Of a stretch of DNA of 61,043 bases, positions 49,049 to 60,976 are shown one piece after another. The notes beneath the pieces were generated by a model. The model had not been told where the DNA came from. It saw only the letters and a list, made by a program, of their open reading frames with translations, and made no database searches. Within the stretch, counting starts at the first letter, position 1. Each line of letters starts with the position of its first letter. The stretch spans positions 1-61,043 of the forward strand of contig CAMNGM010000001.1 in the NCBI GenBank assembly GCA_946538425.1, given 5' to 3'. Source of the stretch: an uncultured Bacteroidales bacterium (GTDB lineage: Bacteria > Bacteroidota > Bacteroidia > Bacteroidales > UBA932). A program made the translations under genes and the position numbers.

Positions 49049-49981
49049 ATGAAAAGACTTCTTATGTCCCTTACCCTTACCCTCGGAGCCCTCGGCCTGT
49101 TCGCGCAGCCGACGGGCTTCGGCGGTTTCCAGATGCCCAAGGTGGACGTCCGCTGCTCCCAGAAGATCGCGGATGTGGATTATGCCGGTGACGGCCAGGT
49201 GTATCACAAGCTGGACATCTACCTCCCGAAGGTGGAGAAGGCCACGTATCCCGTGGTGGTCCATATCTACGGAAGCGCCTGGTTCTCCAACAATTCCAAG
49301 GGGATGGCCGACCTCGGCACCATCGTGAACGCCCTGCTGGACGCGGGCTACGCCGTGGTGTGCCCGAACCACCGTTCCTCCCAGGACGCCAAGTTTCCGG
49401 CCCAGATCCACGACATCAAGGGCGTGATCCGCTTCGTGAAGGCCAACGCCGCGAAGTACAAGTTCGACCCGTCCTTCGTGGCGGTGTCGGGCTTCTCCTC
49501 CGGCGGCCACCTGGCTTCGCTGGCCGCCACCTCCAGCAACCAGCCTCAGCTGGAAGGCAACGTGGGCGGCAACCTGCAGTGCTCCAGCGCGGTCGACGCC
49601 GCGTGCGACTGGTCCGGTCCCGTGGACCTGAACTATATGAGCTGCGGCGCGAAGGAGGATACCTGGAACCACGGGCCCGAGGAGGCCGTGATGGGCTTCC
49701 CGTTCAAGGGCAATGAGGAAGCCTTCAAATACCTGAACGCCACCACCTACATCGGCCCGGACGACCCGCCCGTGTGCATCTTCCACGGCACCGCGGACAA
49801 CGTGGTCCCCAGCTGCCAGGCCCCGCACTTCTACGGCCTGCTGCAGGACGCCCGCGTGGACAGTGAACTCCACCTGGTGGAAGGCGGCGGCCACGGCATG
49901 AACATGTACACGGAAGAAACCCTCTCCGCGATGGTCGCCTTCCTGAACCGCATCCGTGCGGAGAAAGAAATCGCCAAGTAG
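49049..49981 (+). CDS. Alpha/beta-hydrolase esterase (BD-FAE/AxeA1-like feruloyl/acetyl xylan esterase)
   Basis: LDIYLP, HIYGSAW, FPAQIHDIK..IRF, GFSSGGHLA, FHGTADNVVP, GGGHG. Confidence 0.85.
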   Translation: MKRLLMSLTLTLGALGLFAQPTGFGGFQMPKVDVRCSQKIADVDYAGDGQVYHKLDIYLPKVEKATYPVVVHIYGSAWFSNNSKGMADLGTIVNALLDAGYAVVCPNHRSSQDAKFPAQIHDIKGVIRFVKANAAKYKFDPSFVAVSGFSSGGHLASLAATSSNQPQLEGNVGGNLQCSSAVDAACDWSGPVDLNYMSCGAKEDTWNHGPEEAVMGFPFKGNEEAFKYLNATTYIGPDDPPVCIFHGTADNVVPSCQAPHFYGLLQDARVDSELHLVEGGGHGMNMYTEETLSAMVAFLNRIRAEKEIAK

Positions 49982-50003
49982 CTGCGTGACAGCGTTTCAA
50001 TGC

Positions 50004-50035
50004 AAGAGAGGTGCACCGCGCGGTGCACCTCTCTT
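50004..50035. terminator. Bidirectional terminator (perfect 32-bp palindrome)
   Basis: AAGAGAGGTGCACCGCGCGGTGCACCTCTCTT between convergent genes. Confidence 0.8.
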
Positions 50036-50055
50036 TGTGTAAGTCGCTCAGTATT

Positions 50056-51579
50056 TTACTCTTGGCTCCGGCGCCAGGCGAAGTATCCGTCCAGGACCTT
50101 GAGGGCTGCCTCGGAGGGGACGGGGGCGGCGTGGCAGCCGGCGCCCGTGAGGACCATCGTCTGCGGGGCGCTGTTCACGAAGCGCGGCCAGGCGGGGAGG
50201 CCGGGGCCGTTGGGGTCGCCGGTCTTCGCGAAGTTGGTCCAGTAGTCCATCATCCAGCCGGAAAGGGCCATGTCCGTGGGCTGCACCTCTTCCGGATTGC
50301 CGAAGACGTAAGCCACATCCTGTCCATGCGGGGAGCCCTGGCCATAGCGCGGGGAATCCGCCGGGTAGTCGGGATGCTGGTCGAAGTAGTAGAGCCAGAC
50401 GCGGCCCTTGCCCGTCTGCTCCTGCAGGCGCGCCCAGGCCCAGGTCTGCCAGCCGAAGGCGGCGTCGCGGGTGAGGTCGCGGGCGGTCTTGCCCACCTTC
50501 CCGTCGGCCTCTACCGGATAGGCGGCGAGCAGGGCGTCGGCCCAGTCCTCGTAGCGGGCGCGGACCTGGTCCTCGTGGCTCCCGCCGCCGAAGGAGAAGC
50601 CGAAGCTCAGGCCTTCGTCGGAGTTGTAGCCGATGAGGACGTCGACATCATTGTACTTTCCGGCCTCGTACAGTTTGTACTGGTCGTCCGGGATGACGTA
50701 GCCGTCGGTGACGGGCCAGCCGCCGGAGCCGCCGAAACCGCCCATCACGGCCTTGGCATCGGCCGCGCGCAGCTGCTCCAGCGTGTAGTCGTCGCCGAAA
50801 GCGCCCCGGGCCCAGGCGGCGTTGGCCTCCTGCGCCACCGCGAGCGTCTGCATATTCTCACCGGGATAGGACTGCGGGTTGGTGGGGCCGAAGGAGCCGC
50901 CGCTCTGGGAGATGGCGCGCTGGAAGAGGCCTTTCGCCAGCGGCGAGGCGCACAGCATACTCACCGAGATGCCGCCGGCGGACTCGCCGAAGATGGTCAC
51001 GTTGTCCGGGTCGCCGCCGAACTTCGCGATGTTGTCCTTCACCCACTGGAGGCCCGCGATCTGGTCCAGCAGGCCGTAGTTGCCGCTCACGCCGTTCGCA
51101 TTCTCCGCCGACAGTTCCGGCAGGGACAGGAAGCCGAGCTTGCCCACGCGGTAAGCGACGCTGACGAGAATCACGCCCTTGCGGGCCAGCAGGGCGCCGT
51201 CATAATAGGACGTGGCGCCGCCCGCGAAGCCGCCGCCGTAGATCCACACCATCACCGGCAGCTTCTCCTTCGGGCTTTTGGCCGGGGTCCATACATTCAG
51301 GTACAGGCAGTCCTCGCTGCAGCCCTCGCCGTTGCCCTGCATCGGGTTGGGGGCGAAGGCCTGGCACTCCTTGACGCCCTCCCAGGCCACGACGGGCTGC
51401 GGCGCCTTCCACCGCAGTTCGCCTACGGGCGGGGCGGCGAACGGGATGCCCTTGTACACGCACATATCGTCCAGGACCAGGCCCTGGATGGTCCCTCCGG
51501 TCACTTTCACCTGACCGGGCACGGAGGCGCACGCCCACAGACCGAGCGCGGCCGCCACAAGCAGAAGAAGTTTTCTCAT
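50056..51579 (-). CDS. Type-B carboxylesterase (PnbA/COesterase family), predicted lipoprotein
   Basis: KGIPFAAPPVGELRW, SEDCLYLNVWTP, WIYGGGF, GNYGLLDQ, FGGDPDNVTIFGESAGG, YWTNFAKTGDPN; lipobox LWAC. Confidence 0.93.
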   Translation of the reverse strand: MRKLLLLVAAALGLWACASVPGQVKVTGGTIQGLVLDDMCVYKGIPFAAPPVGELRWKAPQPVVAWEGVKECQAFAPNPMQGNGEGCSEDCLYLNVWTPAKSPKEKLPVMVWIYGGGFAGGATSYYDGALLARKGVILVSVAYRVGKLGFLSLPELSAENANGVSGNYGLLDQIAGLQWVKDNIAKFGGDPDNVTIFGESAGGISVSMLCASPLAKGLFQRAISQSGGSFGPTNPQSYPGENMQTLAVAQEANAAWARGAFGDDYTLEQLRAADAKAVMGGFGGSGGWPVTDGYVIPDDQYKLYEAGKYNDVDVLIGYNSDEGLSFGFSFGGGSHEDQVRARYEDWADALLAAYPVEADGKVGKTARDLTRDAAFGWQTWAWARLQEQTGKGRVWLYYFDQHPDYPADSPRYGQGSPHGQDVAYVFGNPEEVQPTDMALSGWMMDYWTNFAKTGDPNGPGLPAWPRFVNSAPQTMVLTGAGCHAAPVPSEAALKVLDGYFAWRRSQE

Positions 51580-51597
51580 ATCGATCGGTATTTCAGT

Positions 51598-54204
51598 TTA
51601 TCGGGTCATTTTCCACCAGTCCCAGCGGAAGCCGCCGGAGCGGAAGACGAAATAGAGGTCGTGGACGCCCGCAGCGCCCTTGAGGGCGCAGGAGGCCTCG
51701 CGGAAGCCAGGTTTGCCGGCCTTCGCCGTCAAGGTGCCCACGAGCGGTCCGTCCACCGCGTCCAGCCGGACCTCGATGGTCGCGGGGCCCTCCGCGCAGG
51801 CCGTGAACTTGCGGGCGCCCTTGCCGAAATCGACGCCCTTCACGAGCAGGTGCTCGCCTTCGTCGATGTCGCGCAGGACGATGCCGCGGCCTTCCACGAC
51901 GTCCGTCTTGAGGCCGTAGCCCCAGGCCATCGTCTCAGCCTCGACCTTGCGGAAGGGGTTGAAGGCTTCCACCTGCTCCACGACATTGTCCAGCCAGTAC
52001 GGGACCTTCCGGATGGAGCCGTCGGGCTCGTAGTACATCGGCGCGACGGAGACGCTCCGCTGCTCCGCGTGCTTGAAGGTCTCCAGGTGATGGAGGTCGT
52101 AGTTGAGGCCGAACACGTAGGACTGGCCCTTGAATTCGATGATGCCGGGATGGTTGCCCCGGGTGCGCCAGGTGCGGTCCATGATCGCGCCCATCGACTT
52201 CCACGGCCCGACGGGGGAGTCGCTCATCGCGTACCCGATGCCCTCCGGGCAGCAGGTGGACGCGAATGCGAGGTAATACTTCCCGTCGTGCTTGTAGAAC
52301 CAAGGCCCTTCCTGGTAGGTGTCGATGGGATAGTCGATCCGGTGGATCTCGCCATCGACGGAAACCATATCCTCGTTCAGCCGGCACCAGTACACGTGCG
52401 GGTTGCCCCAGTACATATAGGCCTGGCCGTCGTCATCGACAAAGACGGACGGGTCGATGTCCTCCCAGTGCTCCTTCTGCCACACGAGCGGCTTCCCGAG
52501 GGGGTCCTTGAAGGGGCCGAAGGGCGAATCCGCGACCAGCACGCCGATGCCGTGCCCGTGGATGGGGCAGTACATATAGAACTTGCCGCCGCGTTCCACG
52601 ACGCACTCGGCCCAGGCGCCGTTCTTGCCGTCGTACCAGTCGAAGCTGTCCAGCGAGGCCACGGCCCCGTGGTCCGTCCAGTTGACCATGTCGGTGGAGG
52701 TGTACAGGAGCCAGTCGAACATCTGGAAACCCTGCGCGCCGTCCTCGTCGTGCGTGGTGTACAGGTACACCGTGCCGTCGTAGACCATCGGCGCCGGGTC
52801 GGCGGTGAACTTGGTCTGGATGATGGGCATGTTCAGGTGGTGGTTGAACACCCACCAGTCCAGGTCGAAGAGCTCCTCGTCCCCGCCGCGGAACATCAGG
52901 TACAGGTCGTGCACGCCCTTCGCGCGGGGGGAGACGGACGCCTTGACAAGCATATTCTCGCCATTGACGGGGACCGAAGCGATCGGCCTCCCGCCCAGCT
53001 CGTCCAGGTAGAAGTCCACGGTGCCGGGATTCTTGAAATTGAGCATCTCCAGCGACACGAGGACGGCGGGCTCGTCGCCGAAATCGACATTCCGGACCTT
53101 GAGCCAGTCGCCGTTGTGGACGGAGGTCACCCAGTGGCGGTCGCCGGCGGTGCGGTCCGTCTTGAGGCCGTAGGAGGCGGCCATCGTCTCGGCCTGCGTC
53201 ATCACATAGGGATTCAGGGTCTGGAGCGGCTCCACGCCCTTTTCCGTGAAGGGGATGAAGGGGATGGAACCGTCGGCCCCGAAGGTGAATTCCTCCACGC
53301 AGGTGGACCGGCGGAAGCCGCCGCCGTTGGGCAGCTTGCCGTTGTGGTAGAACATATAGTCGTGCCCGCGGAAGGTGATGTTGCCCCCGTGGATGGTGAA
53401 GCTGTTCTCCGCCTCGTCCATGATCCGGCCGCGGTAGGTCCAGGGCCCGTGGATGGACTTCGCCGTGGAATAGGCCATGTGCTCCGGCACGCCGCCGGCG
53501 GGATACGACAGGTAGTAGGTGCCGTTCCGCTTCATCAGCCAGGGGCCTTCCTCGTAGCCCACCATCATCTTCTCCTTGCCGCCGTCGGACCAGTCCGGCT
53601 TCATCGACTCGGGGCCGAAGCAGGCGGGGTCGTGGAAGCCGGGAACCTCTTTCCAGCCGTCCGGGAAGGAAACCATATCGTCCCCCAGCCGGCCGTACCA
53701 GCATCCCTTGTTGCCCCAGAACAGCCACGGCGTGCCGTCATCGTCGATGAACACGGTCGGGTCGATGAACGCGAACCCGGTCGCGAGCGGCCCGCCGATG
53801 GCGTCGGTGTACGGCCCTTCGGGCCGGTCCGCGACCGCCACGGCGAGGGCGTCCGCCCGGGTCGCCGCCTCGGTCAGGCACACGTACCAGTACCATTTCC
53901 CGTTCCGCTCCACGGCCTGCGAGGCCCAGGCGCGGTCGCCCTGGAAGGCCCACGGGAACGTGGCCGTGGACACGGGCGCCCCGAGGTAGGTCCAGTTCAC
54001 CATATCCTCCGTGCTGTACAGCAGCCAGTCCTTCATCTTGAAGTACACGGCGTCGTCCTCGTCGTGGTCCACGAACAGGTACACCTTGTCCCCGTGCACG
54101 TAGGGCGCCGGGTCGGGCGTGAAGGAGGTGCCGATGATGGGATTCTGCGCCAGGAGGGGCAGGAAGGCGATGAGAGTCAGGAGAAAAGAGAGAATCCGCT
54201 TCAT
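51598..54204 (-). CDS. Tandem GH43-CBM6-GH43-CBM6 (XynD/GH43_29-like arabinoxylan arabinofuranohydrolase/xylosidase)
   Basis: Two GH43 units (TPDPAP/TADPAP, AWA, IDP, EGPW), each followed by a CBM6 (AETMA..YGLKT..VDFG..GVHDLY.FR..DWW). Confidence 0.9.
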   Translation of the reverse strand: MKRILSFLLTLIAFLPLLAQNPIIGTSFTPDPAPYVHGDKVYLFVDHDEDDAVYFKMKDWLLYSTEDMVNWTYLGAPVSTATFPWAFQGDRAWASQAVERNGKWYWYVCLTEAATRADALAVAVADRPEGPYTDAIGGPLATGFAFIDPTVFIDDDGTPWLFWGNKGCWYGRLGDDMVSFPDGWKEVPGFHDPACFGPESMKPDWSDGGKEKMMVGYEEGPWLMKRNGTYYLSYPAGGVPEHMAYSTAKSIHGPWTYRGRIMDEAENSFTIHGGNITFRGHDYMFYHNGKLPNGGGFRRSTCVEEFTFGADGSIPFIPFTEKGVEPLQTLNPYVMTQAETMAASYGLKTDRTAGDRHWVTSVHNGDWLKVRNVDFGDEPAVLVSLEMLNFKNPGTVDFYLDELGGRPIASVPVNGENMLVKASVSPRAKGVHDLYLMFRGGDEELFDLDWWVFNHHLNMPIIQTKFTADPAPMVYDGTVYLYTTHDEDGAQGFQMFDWLLYTSTDMVNWTDHGAVASLDSFDWYDGKNGAWAECVVERGGKFYMYCPIHGHGIGVLVADSPFGPFKDPLGKPLVWQKEHWEDIDPSVFVDDDGQAYMYWGNPHVYWCRLNEDMVSVDGEIHRIDYPIDTYQEGPWFYKHDGKYYLAFASTCCPEGIGYAMSDSPVGPWKSMGAIMDRTWRTRGNHPGIIEFKGQSYVFGLNYDLHHLETFKHAEQRSVSVAPMYYEPDGSIRKVPYWLDNVVEQVEAFNPFRKVEAETMAWGYGLKTDVVEGRGIVLRDIDEGEHLLVKGVDFGKGARKFTACAEGPATIEVRLDAVDGPLVGTLTAKAGKPGFREASCALKGAAGVHDLYFVFRSGGFRWDWWKMTR

Positions 54205-54221
54205 GCTATTGGTTATTTTTA

Positions 54222-55349
<1,128 letters not shown>

Positions 55350-55368
55350 CAGGCGGGAACGAAAAATG

Positions 55369-55404
55369 AGAAACCCCTTGGGACGGCGTCCCAGGGGGTT
55401 TCTT
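55369..55404. terminator. Rho-independent terminator between convergent genes
   Basis: AGAAACCCCTTGGGAC-ggc-GTCCCAGGGGGTTTCT. Confidence 0.8.
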
Positions 55405-55450
55405 GCTACTTGGTTGGTTGATATATGTTTAGGTTAAGTAGCCTTTATTT

Positions 55451-57058
55451 TTACCAGACCCGCTGGTGGAACCAGTCGAAGTCCGCGACGCCGCCCTCTC
55501 CGAGGGTGTTGAAATGGTACAGGGCGCTCCGGTAGCCGGTGAAGTAGTCCAGCGTGAAGCGCATTTGAAGTTTGTAGTCGGCGGTGATCCATTCCTTTCC
55601 GTCGGTGGACCAGCTGAAGGTGGCGGTGTCGGCCGTCTCACCCTCTTCCTGCGGGGTGAAGACGTAGTTGATGCGCATCCAGAGGCCGTCGCCTTCCAGC
55701 GGGATGACGGCGAGGTCTTCGTCGATGATCTCGGGGACGCGCCGTCCGTCCGCGCCGCGGGTGAAGGAGCGGCCGTTCCGGTGCAGGACGATGAACCGCT
55801 CACCGTTCGCATCGACACGCACGCCCACGCGGGCGTTGCCGCTCTGGAACGCGGCGAGGCCGGCCTCGTCGCCGGGCTTCATCCCGGAGGCGTCCAGGTA
55901 GCTTTCGCTGATGCAGCGGGGACCGACGGTGCGCTGGGTGAGCGTACCGCGGGCGTCGGCGAGGCCGGTGGCCTGCGCGGCCCGCAGCCGCAGCCAGCCC
56001 GGCCGCTCGTTGAGCGACCAGCCTTCCGGTGCCTTGTGGTTCCACTGCCAGACGAGCGCGAGCTTGTCGCTGTCGAACTCGTCGCTGTCCCACACGTAGT
56101 CGCGGCCCTCCGCGGGCAGTTTCACGGTCACTTCCTCCTGCGGGACGCCGTTCTCGCCCATCATCGGCCAGCCGTCCACCCAGGTGACGGGCTGGAGGCA
56201 GGGGATGCGGCCGACGGCGCCGTGGTCCTGGAACTGGACGGCGTACCAGTCGCCGTGCTGCGTCTCGACGATCGGGCCCTGCGCGATGCCGTCGCCGCGG
56301 CCGCCCAGGGTGCCCTGCAGGACGACCTTGGACTCGTACGGCCCATGGATGTCCTTGCTGCGCCAGACGGTGGCCGTGCGGGGCTTGTCCCGCGGCCAGT
56401 CGATCTCCAGCACGTAATAGTAGTCGCCGATGTGGTAGAAGTGCGCGCCTTCCGCCCGGAGGTTCCAGCCCTCGCGCGGGGATTCGATGAGGAGCTCGGC
56501 TTCCGCGCCGGCCTTGACGGCGCTGCCGTCCGGCTCGAGTTCCACGAGGTTCAGGTTGCCGTTGCCCCAGACCACCCAGAGGCGGCCGTCGTCGAACAGC
56601 AGGGAGGCGTCGTGCATGAAGTACCCCTCGATCACGTTCCGTTCCCACGGACCGTTCACGATGTCCTTCGTGCGGTACAGGTACGTCTTCTGCTGGTCGT
56701 TCGCGACGAACAGGGCGTAGTAGGTGCCGTCGTGGTACCGGAGCGTCGTCGCCCATTGGCCTTTGCCGTAGGCGTTCTTGCCGTCCCGGAGGTTGTAGAC
56801 GTCATCGTCCTCGATGACGTCGTAGATGTAGCTCACAATCTCCCAGTGCACGAGGTCGCGGGAGTGCATGATGGACGCGCCCGGGCAGAAGTACATCGTG
56901 GTGGACACCATGTAGTAGTCTTCCCCCACGCGGATGATGTCCGGATCGGGAATGTCCGTGTAGGTCAACGGATTCACGGCCACCTGTTCCTTCGGTGACT
57001 CCGTGCAACCTGCCGCGATGACGAGGCAGGTTGCAAGCATCAAGAGACTGTGTTTCAT
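55451..57058 (-). CDS. GH43 (GH43_10-like) alpha-L-arabinofuranosidase/xylosidase, lipoprotein
   Basis: Start MKHSLL..AAGC; DIPDPDIIRVGEDYYMVSTTM, YGKGQWA, HDASL, AEGAH, AQG, FQDHGAVGRIP, WQWNH, TLTQRT.GP, FTGYR, ADFDWF. Confidence 0.9.
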   Translation of the reverse strand: MKHSLLMLATCLVIAAGCTESPKEQVAVNPLTYTDIPDPDIIRVGEDYYMVSTTMYFCPGASIMHSRDLVHWEIVSYIYDVIEDDDVYNLRDGKNAYGKGQWATTLRYHDGTYYALFVANDQQKTYLYRTKDIVNGPWERNVIEGYFMHDASLLFDDGRLWVVWGNGNLNLVELEPDGSAVKAGAEAELLIESPREGWNLRAEGAHFYHIGDYYYVLEIDWPRDKPRTATVWRSKDIHGPYESKVVLQGTLGGRGDGIAQGPIVETQHGDWYAVQFQDHGAVGRIPCLQPVTWVDGWPMMGENGVPQEEVTVKLPAEGRDYVWDSDEFDSDKLALVWQWNHKAPEGWSLNERPGWLRLRAAQATGLADARGTLTQRTVGPRCISESYLDASGMKPGDEAGLAAFQSGNARVGVRVDANGERFIVLHRNGRSFTRGADGRRVPEIIDEDLAVIPLEGDGLWMRINYVFTPQEEGETADTATFSWSTDGKEWITADYKLQMRFTLDYFTGYRSALYHFNTLGEGGVADFDWFHQRVW

Positions 57059-57062
57059 TGTA

Positions 57063-58601
57063 TTACTGGATTTCAAGAACGATGACGGAGGCGGCGGGCA
57101 GGGTGAGTTTCACGCCCTTGCCGGTGGCTTTCGCGCCGGTGAACGCCGCGGGGGCGACGGCCGGGGCCTTGCCGAACTCGTTGTACGCGTTGATCTTGTC
57201 GGCCTTGAGGATCTCGCCGGTGACGGTCTTCGGCTTCAGGGAGTCGAAGGCGAGCTCCACGGTGACGGGCTTGTCCAGGTACGGGTTCGCCAGGGAGACG
57301 TGCAGCTTGCCGGCGGCGTCGCGGGAGACGCAGGCGCTGAAGTCGTCCATGATCCGGCCCTCGGCGGAGACGATGTTGCCGGTGGTGTAGTCGGCAGGCA
57401 CATACGTTGCGTTCTGATGGACGTTGAACATCCGGAAGACGTGGTAGGTCGGGGTGAGGACCATCTTCTCGCCGTCGGTGAGGACCATCGCCTGCAGGAC
57501 GTTCACGATCTGGGCGATGTTCGCCATCTTCAGGCGGTCGGTGTGCTTCTGGAAGATGTTGAGGTTCAGGGCCGCGACCATCGCATCCCGCATCGTGTTC
57601 TGCTGGAACAGCCAGCCGGGGTTGGTGCCGGGCTCGACGTCGAACCAGGTGCCCCACTCGTCCAGGATGAGGGCGACCTTCTTGTCCGGGTCGTAGGCGT
57701 CCATGATGGCGAAGTGGTTCTTCAGGACCTCCTCGATCTCGCAGGTCTTCGCGAGGACGTTGTAGTACTCCTCGGTGGTGAACTGCGTCGCGGAGCCCTT
57801 GCTGCCCGTCCAGCCCTTGCAGGTGTAGTAGTGCAGGGACAGGGCGTCCATCTTGGTGCGGGCGTTCTGCATCATCACCTTCGTCCAGTTGTAGTCGTAG
57901 TCGGAAGCGCCGCAGGCCACCTTGTACAGGCGGTTGCCGCTGTAGTTGCGGGCGTAGAGGGCATAGCGCTTGTACACGTCGGAGTAGTAGTCCGCCGTCA
58001 TGTCGCCGCCGCAGCCCCAGCTTTCGTTGCCGACGCCGAGGTACTTGACCTTCCAGGGCTCCTTACGGCCGTTCTTGGCGCGGAGCTCGGCCATCGAACC
58101 TTCCTTGGCGGTCATATACTCGACCCACTTGGCCAGCTCCTCGACGGTGCCGGACCCCACGTTGCCGCTGATGTAGGGCTCGATGCCCAGCATCTCGCAG
58201 AGGTTCAGGAACTCGTGGGTGCCGAAGGAGTTGTCCTCCACGGTGCTGCCCCAGTTGTTGTTCACGAGCTTCTTGCGGTTCTCCTGCGGGCCGATGCCGT
58301 CCATCCAGTGGTACTCGTCGCCGAAGCAGCCGCCCGGCCAGCGCAGCACGGGGACTTTCAGGGCCTTGAAGGCCTCCAGCACGTCCGTGCGGTAACCGTT
58401 CACGTTGGGAATGGAGGAGTCCTTGCCCACCCAGATGCCCTCGTAGATGCACTTTCCAAGGTGCTCGGAGAACTGTCCGTAAATCTCGGCCGGGATGACC
58501 GGCTGGTCCTTCGCCGTCTCGTGGACGGAAACCTTGACCTGGGCCGTGGCGGTCAGGGCGGCGGCAAGCGCCGCGATGAGGGTCAGAGTCTTCTTTATCA
58601 T
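57063..58601 (-). CDS. abf2: GH51 alpha-L-arabinofuranosidase (Abf2/AsdII-type), secreted
   Basis: [73 protein letters not shown]. Confidence 0.94.
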   Translation of the reverse strand: MIKKTLTLIAALAAALTATAQVKVSVHETAKDQPVIPAEIYGQFSEHLGKCIYEGIWVGKDSSIPNVNGYRTDVLEAFKALKVPVLRWPGGCFGDEYHWMDGIGPQENRKKLVNNNWGSTVEDNSFGTHEFLNLCEMLGIEPYISGNVGSGTVEELAKWVEYMTAKEGSMAELRAKNGRKEPWKVKYLGVGNESWGCGGDMTADYYSDVYKRYALYARNYSGNRLYKVACGASDYDYNWTKVMMQNARTKMDALSLHYYTCKGWTGSKGSATQFTTEEYYNVLAKTCEIEEVLKNHFAIMDAYDPDKKVALILDEWGTWFDVEPGTNPGWLFQQNTMRDAMVAALNLNIFQKHTDRLKMANIAQIVNVLQAMVLTDGEKMVLTPTYHVFRMFNVHQNATYVPADYTTGNIVSAEGRIMDDFSACVSRDAAGKLHVSLANPYLDKPVTVELAFDSLKPKTVTGEILKADKINAYNEFGKAPAVAPAAFTGAKATGKGVKLTLPAASVIVLEIQ

Positions 58602-58631
58602 AATCATTATCAAGTTATTAGTCTCTAATCA

Positions 58632-58824
58632 CAAAAATAGGTCTTTTCGCGCGTACCGGGTGCGAAAAATCGTTCATTTGCTACGAAGAAAAAACCAATT
58701 CTCCCGGGAAGGGTCATTTGACCTTCTTTCCCCACCTGGTGGCGTTCAGGGACTTTTCGGTTCCGGCGTACACGACCGTTTCCACCTTTCATCGCTCAAA
58801 CTTACATATTTTTGCGTAAATTTG
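58632..58824. promoter_or_regulatory. Divergent promoter region of the two GH51 genes
   Basis: TATTTTTG on minus (58632-58639); TATTTTTG (58807-58814) and TAAATTTG (58817-58824) on plus. Confidence 0.55.
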
Positions 58825-58852
58825 AAAATCCAACCACATAAACCACCTAGAG

Positions 58853-60832
58853 ATGATGATTCGCAACCGCTTCCTGCTCGTCGCTTCGGCCCTCCTGCTG
58901 GGCCTGGTCGCTTCCGCCCAAGTCCACCGCATGGACATCGACCTCAAGAAGGTCGGCGCACCCATCCAGCCTACGATGTACGGCATTTTCTTCGAGGACA
59001 TCAACTACGCGGCCGACGGCGGCCTGTACGCCGAGCTCGTGAAGAACCGTTCCTTCGAGTTCCCGAACGATCCGCTCCAGGGCTGGAAGGCCTTCGGCCG
59101 GGTGGAAGTGTGGAACGACGGCCCGTTCGAGCGCTGCCCGCACTATGTCCGCCTCGTCGATCCCGGCCACCGGGACAAGTGGACCGGCTTGGACAACGAA
59201 GGATTCTTCGGCATCGGCGTGAAGGGCGGGGAAACCTACCGCTTCTCGGTCTGGGCCCGCGTCCCGGACGGCGGCAGTTCGGATCTCCGCATCGAACTGG
59301 TGAACACCGCGTCGATGGGCGAGAACCAGTTCGTGTGCCAGGAGCCCCTGAAGATCTCCGGCAAGACGTGGAATCAGTATGAGGTGATTCTGAAGCCCGC
59401 GGAGACGCTGGAGAAGGCGGTCCTCCGCCTGTTCCTCGTCGGCGACCGCACGCCCGTGGACCTGGAGCACGTGTCCCTGTTCCCGACCGATACCTGGAAG
59501 GGTCACCGCAACGGTATGCGGAAGGACCTGGCGCAGGCCCTGGCGGACCTCAAGCCCGGCGTTTTCCGCTTCCCCGGCGGCTGCATCGTGGAGGGTACGG
59601 ACCTCCAGACCCGCTACAACTGGAAGAACACCGTGGGCCCGGTGGAGAACCGGCCCATCAACGAGAACCGCTGGGAGTACACCTTCCCGCATCGCTTCTT
59701 CCCGGATTATTTCCAGAGCTACGGTCTGGGCTTCTTCGAGTTCTTCCAGCTCTCGGAGGAGATCGGCAGCGAACCGCTTCCCATCCTGAGCTGCGGCCTC
59801 GCGTGCCAGTTCCAGAACGACGATCCGTCGGCCCATTGCCCGGTGGATGAGCTCCAGCCTTTCATCCAGGACGCCCTGGACCTCATCGAGTTCGCGAACG
59901 GCCCCGTGACCTCCACCTGGGGGAAGGTCCGCGCCGACATGGGCCATCCGGCGCCGTTCAACCTCAAGTTCATCGGCATCGGCAACGAGCAGTGGGATCC
60001 GCTTTATCCCGAGCACCTGGAGCCCTTCGTGCAGGCCATCCGCGCCGCCTATCCGGACATCAAGATCGTCGGTTCCAGCGGTCCGAACTCCGAGGGGGAC
60101 CAGTTTGATTATCTCTGGCCCGAGATGAAGCGCCTGGGCGCCGACCTCGTGGACGAGCATTTCTACCGTCCGGAAACCTGGTTCCTGGCCCAGGGTGCCC
60201 GCTATGACAATTACGACCGCAAGGGCCCGAAGGTGTTCGCCGGAGAGTACGCCTGCCACGGTGCCGGCCGGAAATTCAATCATTTCCACGCCTCCCTCCT
60301 GGAAGCGGCCTTCATGACCACCATCGAGCGCAACGCGGACATCGTGCACATGGCCACCTACGCTCCGCTGTTCGCCCATGTCGAAGGCTGGCAGTGGCGC
60401 CCGGACCTCATCTGGTTCGATAACCTCCGTTCCATGCGGACCGCCAGCTGGCATGTCCAGCAGTTGTACGGCCAGTACAAGGGCCAGAACGTGCTGACCC
60501 TCAAGATGAACGGTGTCAATGTCACCGGTGCCGAAGGCCAGGACGGCCTCTTCGCCAGCGCCGTGAAGGATGGGGACAAGGTCTATGTGAAGGTGATCAA
60601 TACCTCCGAAAAGCCGCAGGACGTGGAGTTTGCGTTCAACGGTTTGAAGAAGAAGGAAACCGTAAAGGCGGTGGAGCGCATCAACTTCACCTCCGGCCTC
60701 CTCTATGAGGACAACACCCTGGACGCTCCCGACCGCATTGCGCCCGTGAAGGCGGCCTTCGCCGGCGAAGGCAAGGCCCTCTCCGCCACGGTTCCGCCGC
60801 AGTGCTTCACGATCTTCATTGTGGAAAGATAG
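58853..60832 (+). CDS. abfA: GH51 alpha-L-arabinofuranosidase with N-terminal CBM4-like domain (AsdI-type)
   Basis: [87 protein letters not shown]. Confidence 0.94.
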   Translation: MMIRNRFLLVASALLLGLVASAQVHRMDIDLKKVGAPIQPTMYGIFFEDINYAADGGLYAELVKNRSFEFPNDPLQGWKAFGRVEVWNDGPFERCPHYVRLVDPGHRDKWTGLDNEGFFGIGVKGGETYRFSVWARVPDGGSSDLRIELVNTASMGENQFVCQEPLKISGKTWNQYEVILKPAETLEKAVLRLFLVGDRTPVDLEHVSLFPTDTWKGHRNGMRKDLAQALADLKPGVFRFPGGCIVEGTDLQTRYNWKNTVGPVENRPINENRWEYTFPHRFFPDYFQSYGLGFFEFFQLSEEIGSEPLPILSCGLACQFQNDDPSAHCPVDELQPFIQDALDLIEFANGPVTSTWGKVRADMGHPAPFNLKFIGIGNEQWDPLYPEHLEPFVQAIRAAYPDIKIVGSSGPNSEGDQFDYLWPEMKRLGADLVDEHFYRPETWFLAQGARYDNYDRKGPKVFAGEYACHGAGRKFNHFHASLLEAAFMTTIERNADIVHMATYAPLFAHVEGWQWRPDLIWFDNLRSMRTASWHVQQLYGQYKGQNVLTLKMNGVNVTGAEGQDGLFASAVKDGDKVYVKVINTSEKPQDVEFAFNGLKKKETVKAVERINFTSGLLYEDNTLDAPDRIAPVKAAFAGEGKALSATVPPQCFTIFIVER

Positions 60833-60966
60833 ATTCCTTCGCTTCGCTCGGAATGACAGGTTCCTTCGCTTCGCTCGGAATGACAGGTTCCTTCGCTTTG
60901 CTCGGAATGACAGGTTCCTTAGTTTCGACAGGAATGACAGGTTCCTTCGCTTCGACAGGAATGACA
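60832..60966. repeat. Five tandem 27-bp REP-like units (consensus GGTTCCTTCGCTTCGCTCGGAATGACA)
   Basis: Units start at 60832, 60859, 60886, 60913 and 60940; no spacers; units 4 and 5 share variant bases. Confidence 0.92.
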
Positions 60967-60976
60967 TACTAAGATA

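Noticed and set aside
60832-60966. Possible CRISPR array
   Set aside because: Units are contiguous with no unique spacers, and no cas genes are in the window.
58847-60967. Minus-strand ORF starting with (RRNLSFRAK)n repeats
   Set aside because: It is a translation of the 27-bp DNA repeat fused to the GH51 antisense shadow.
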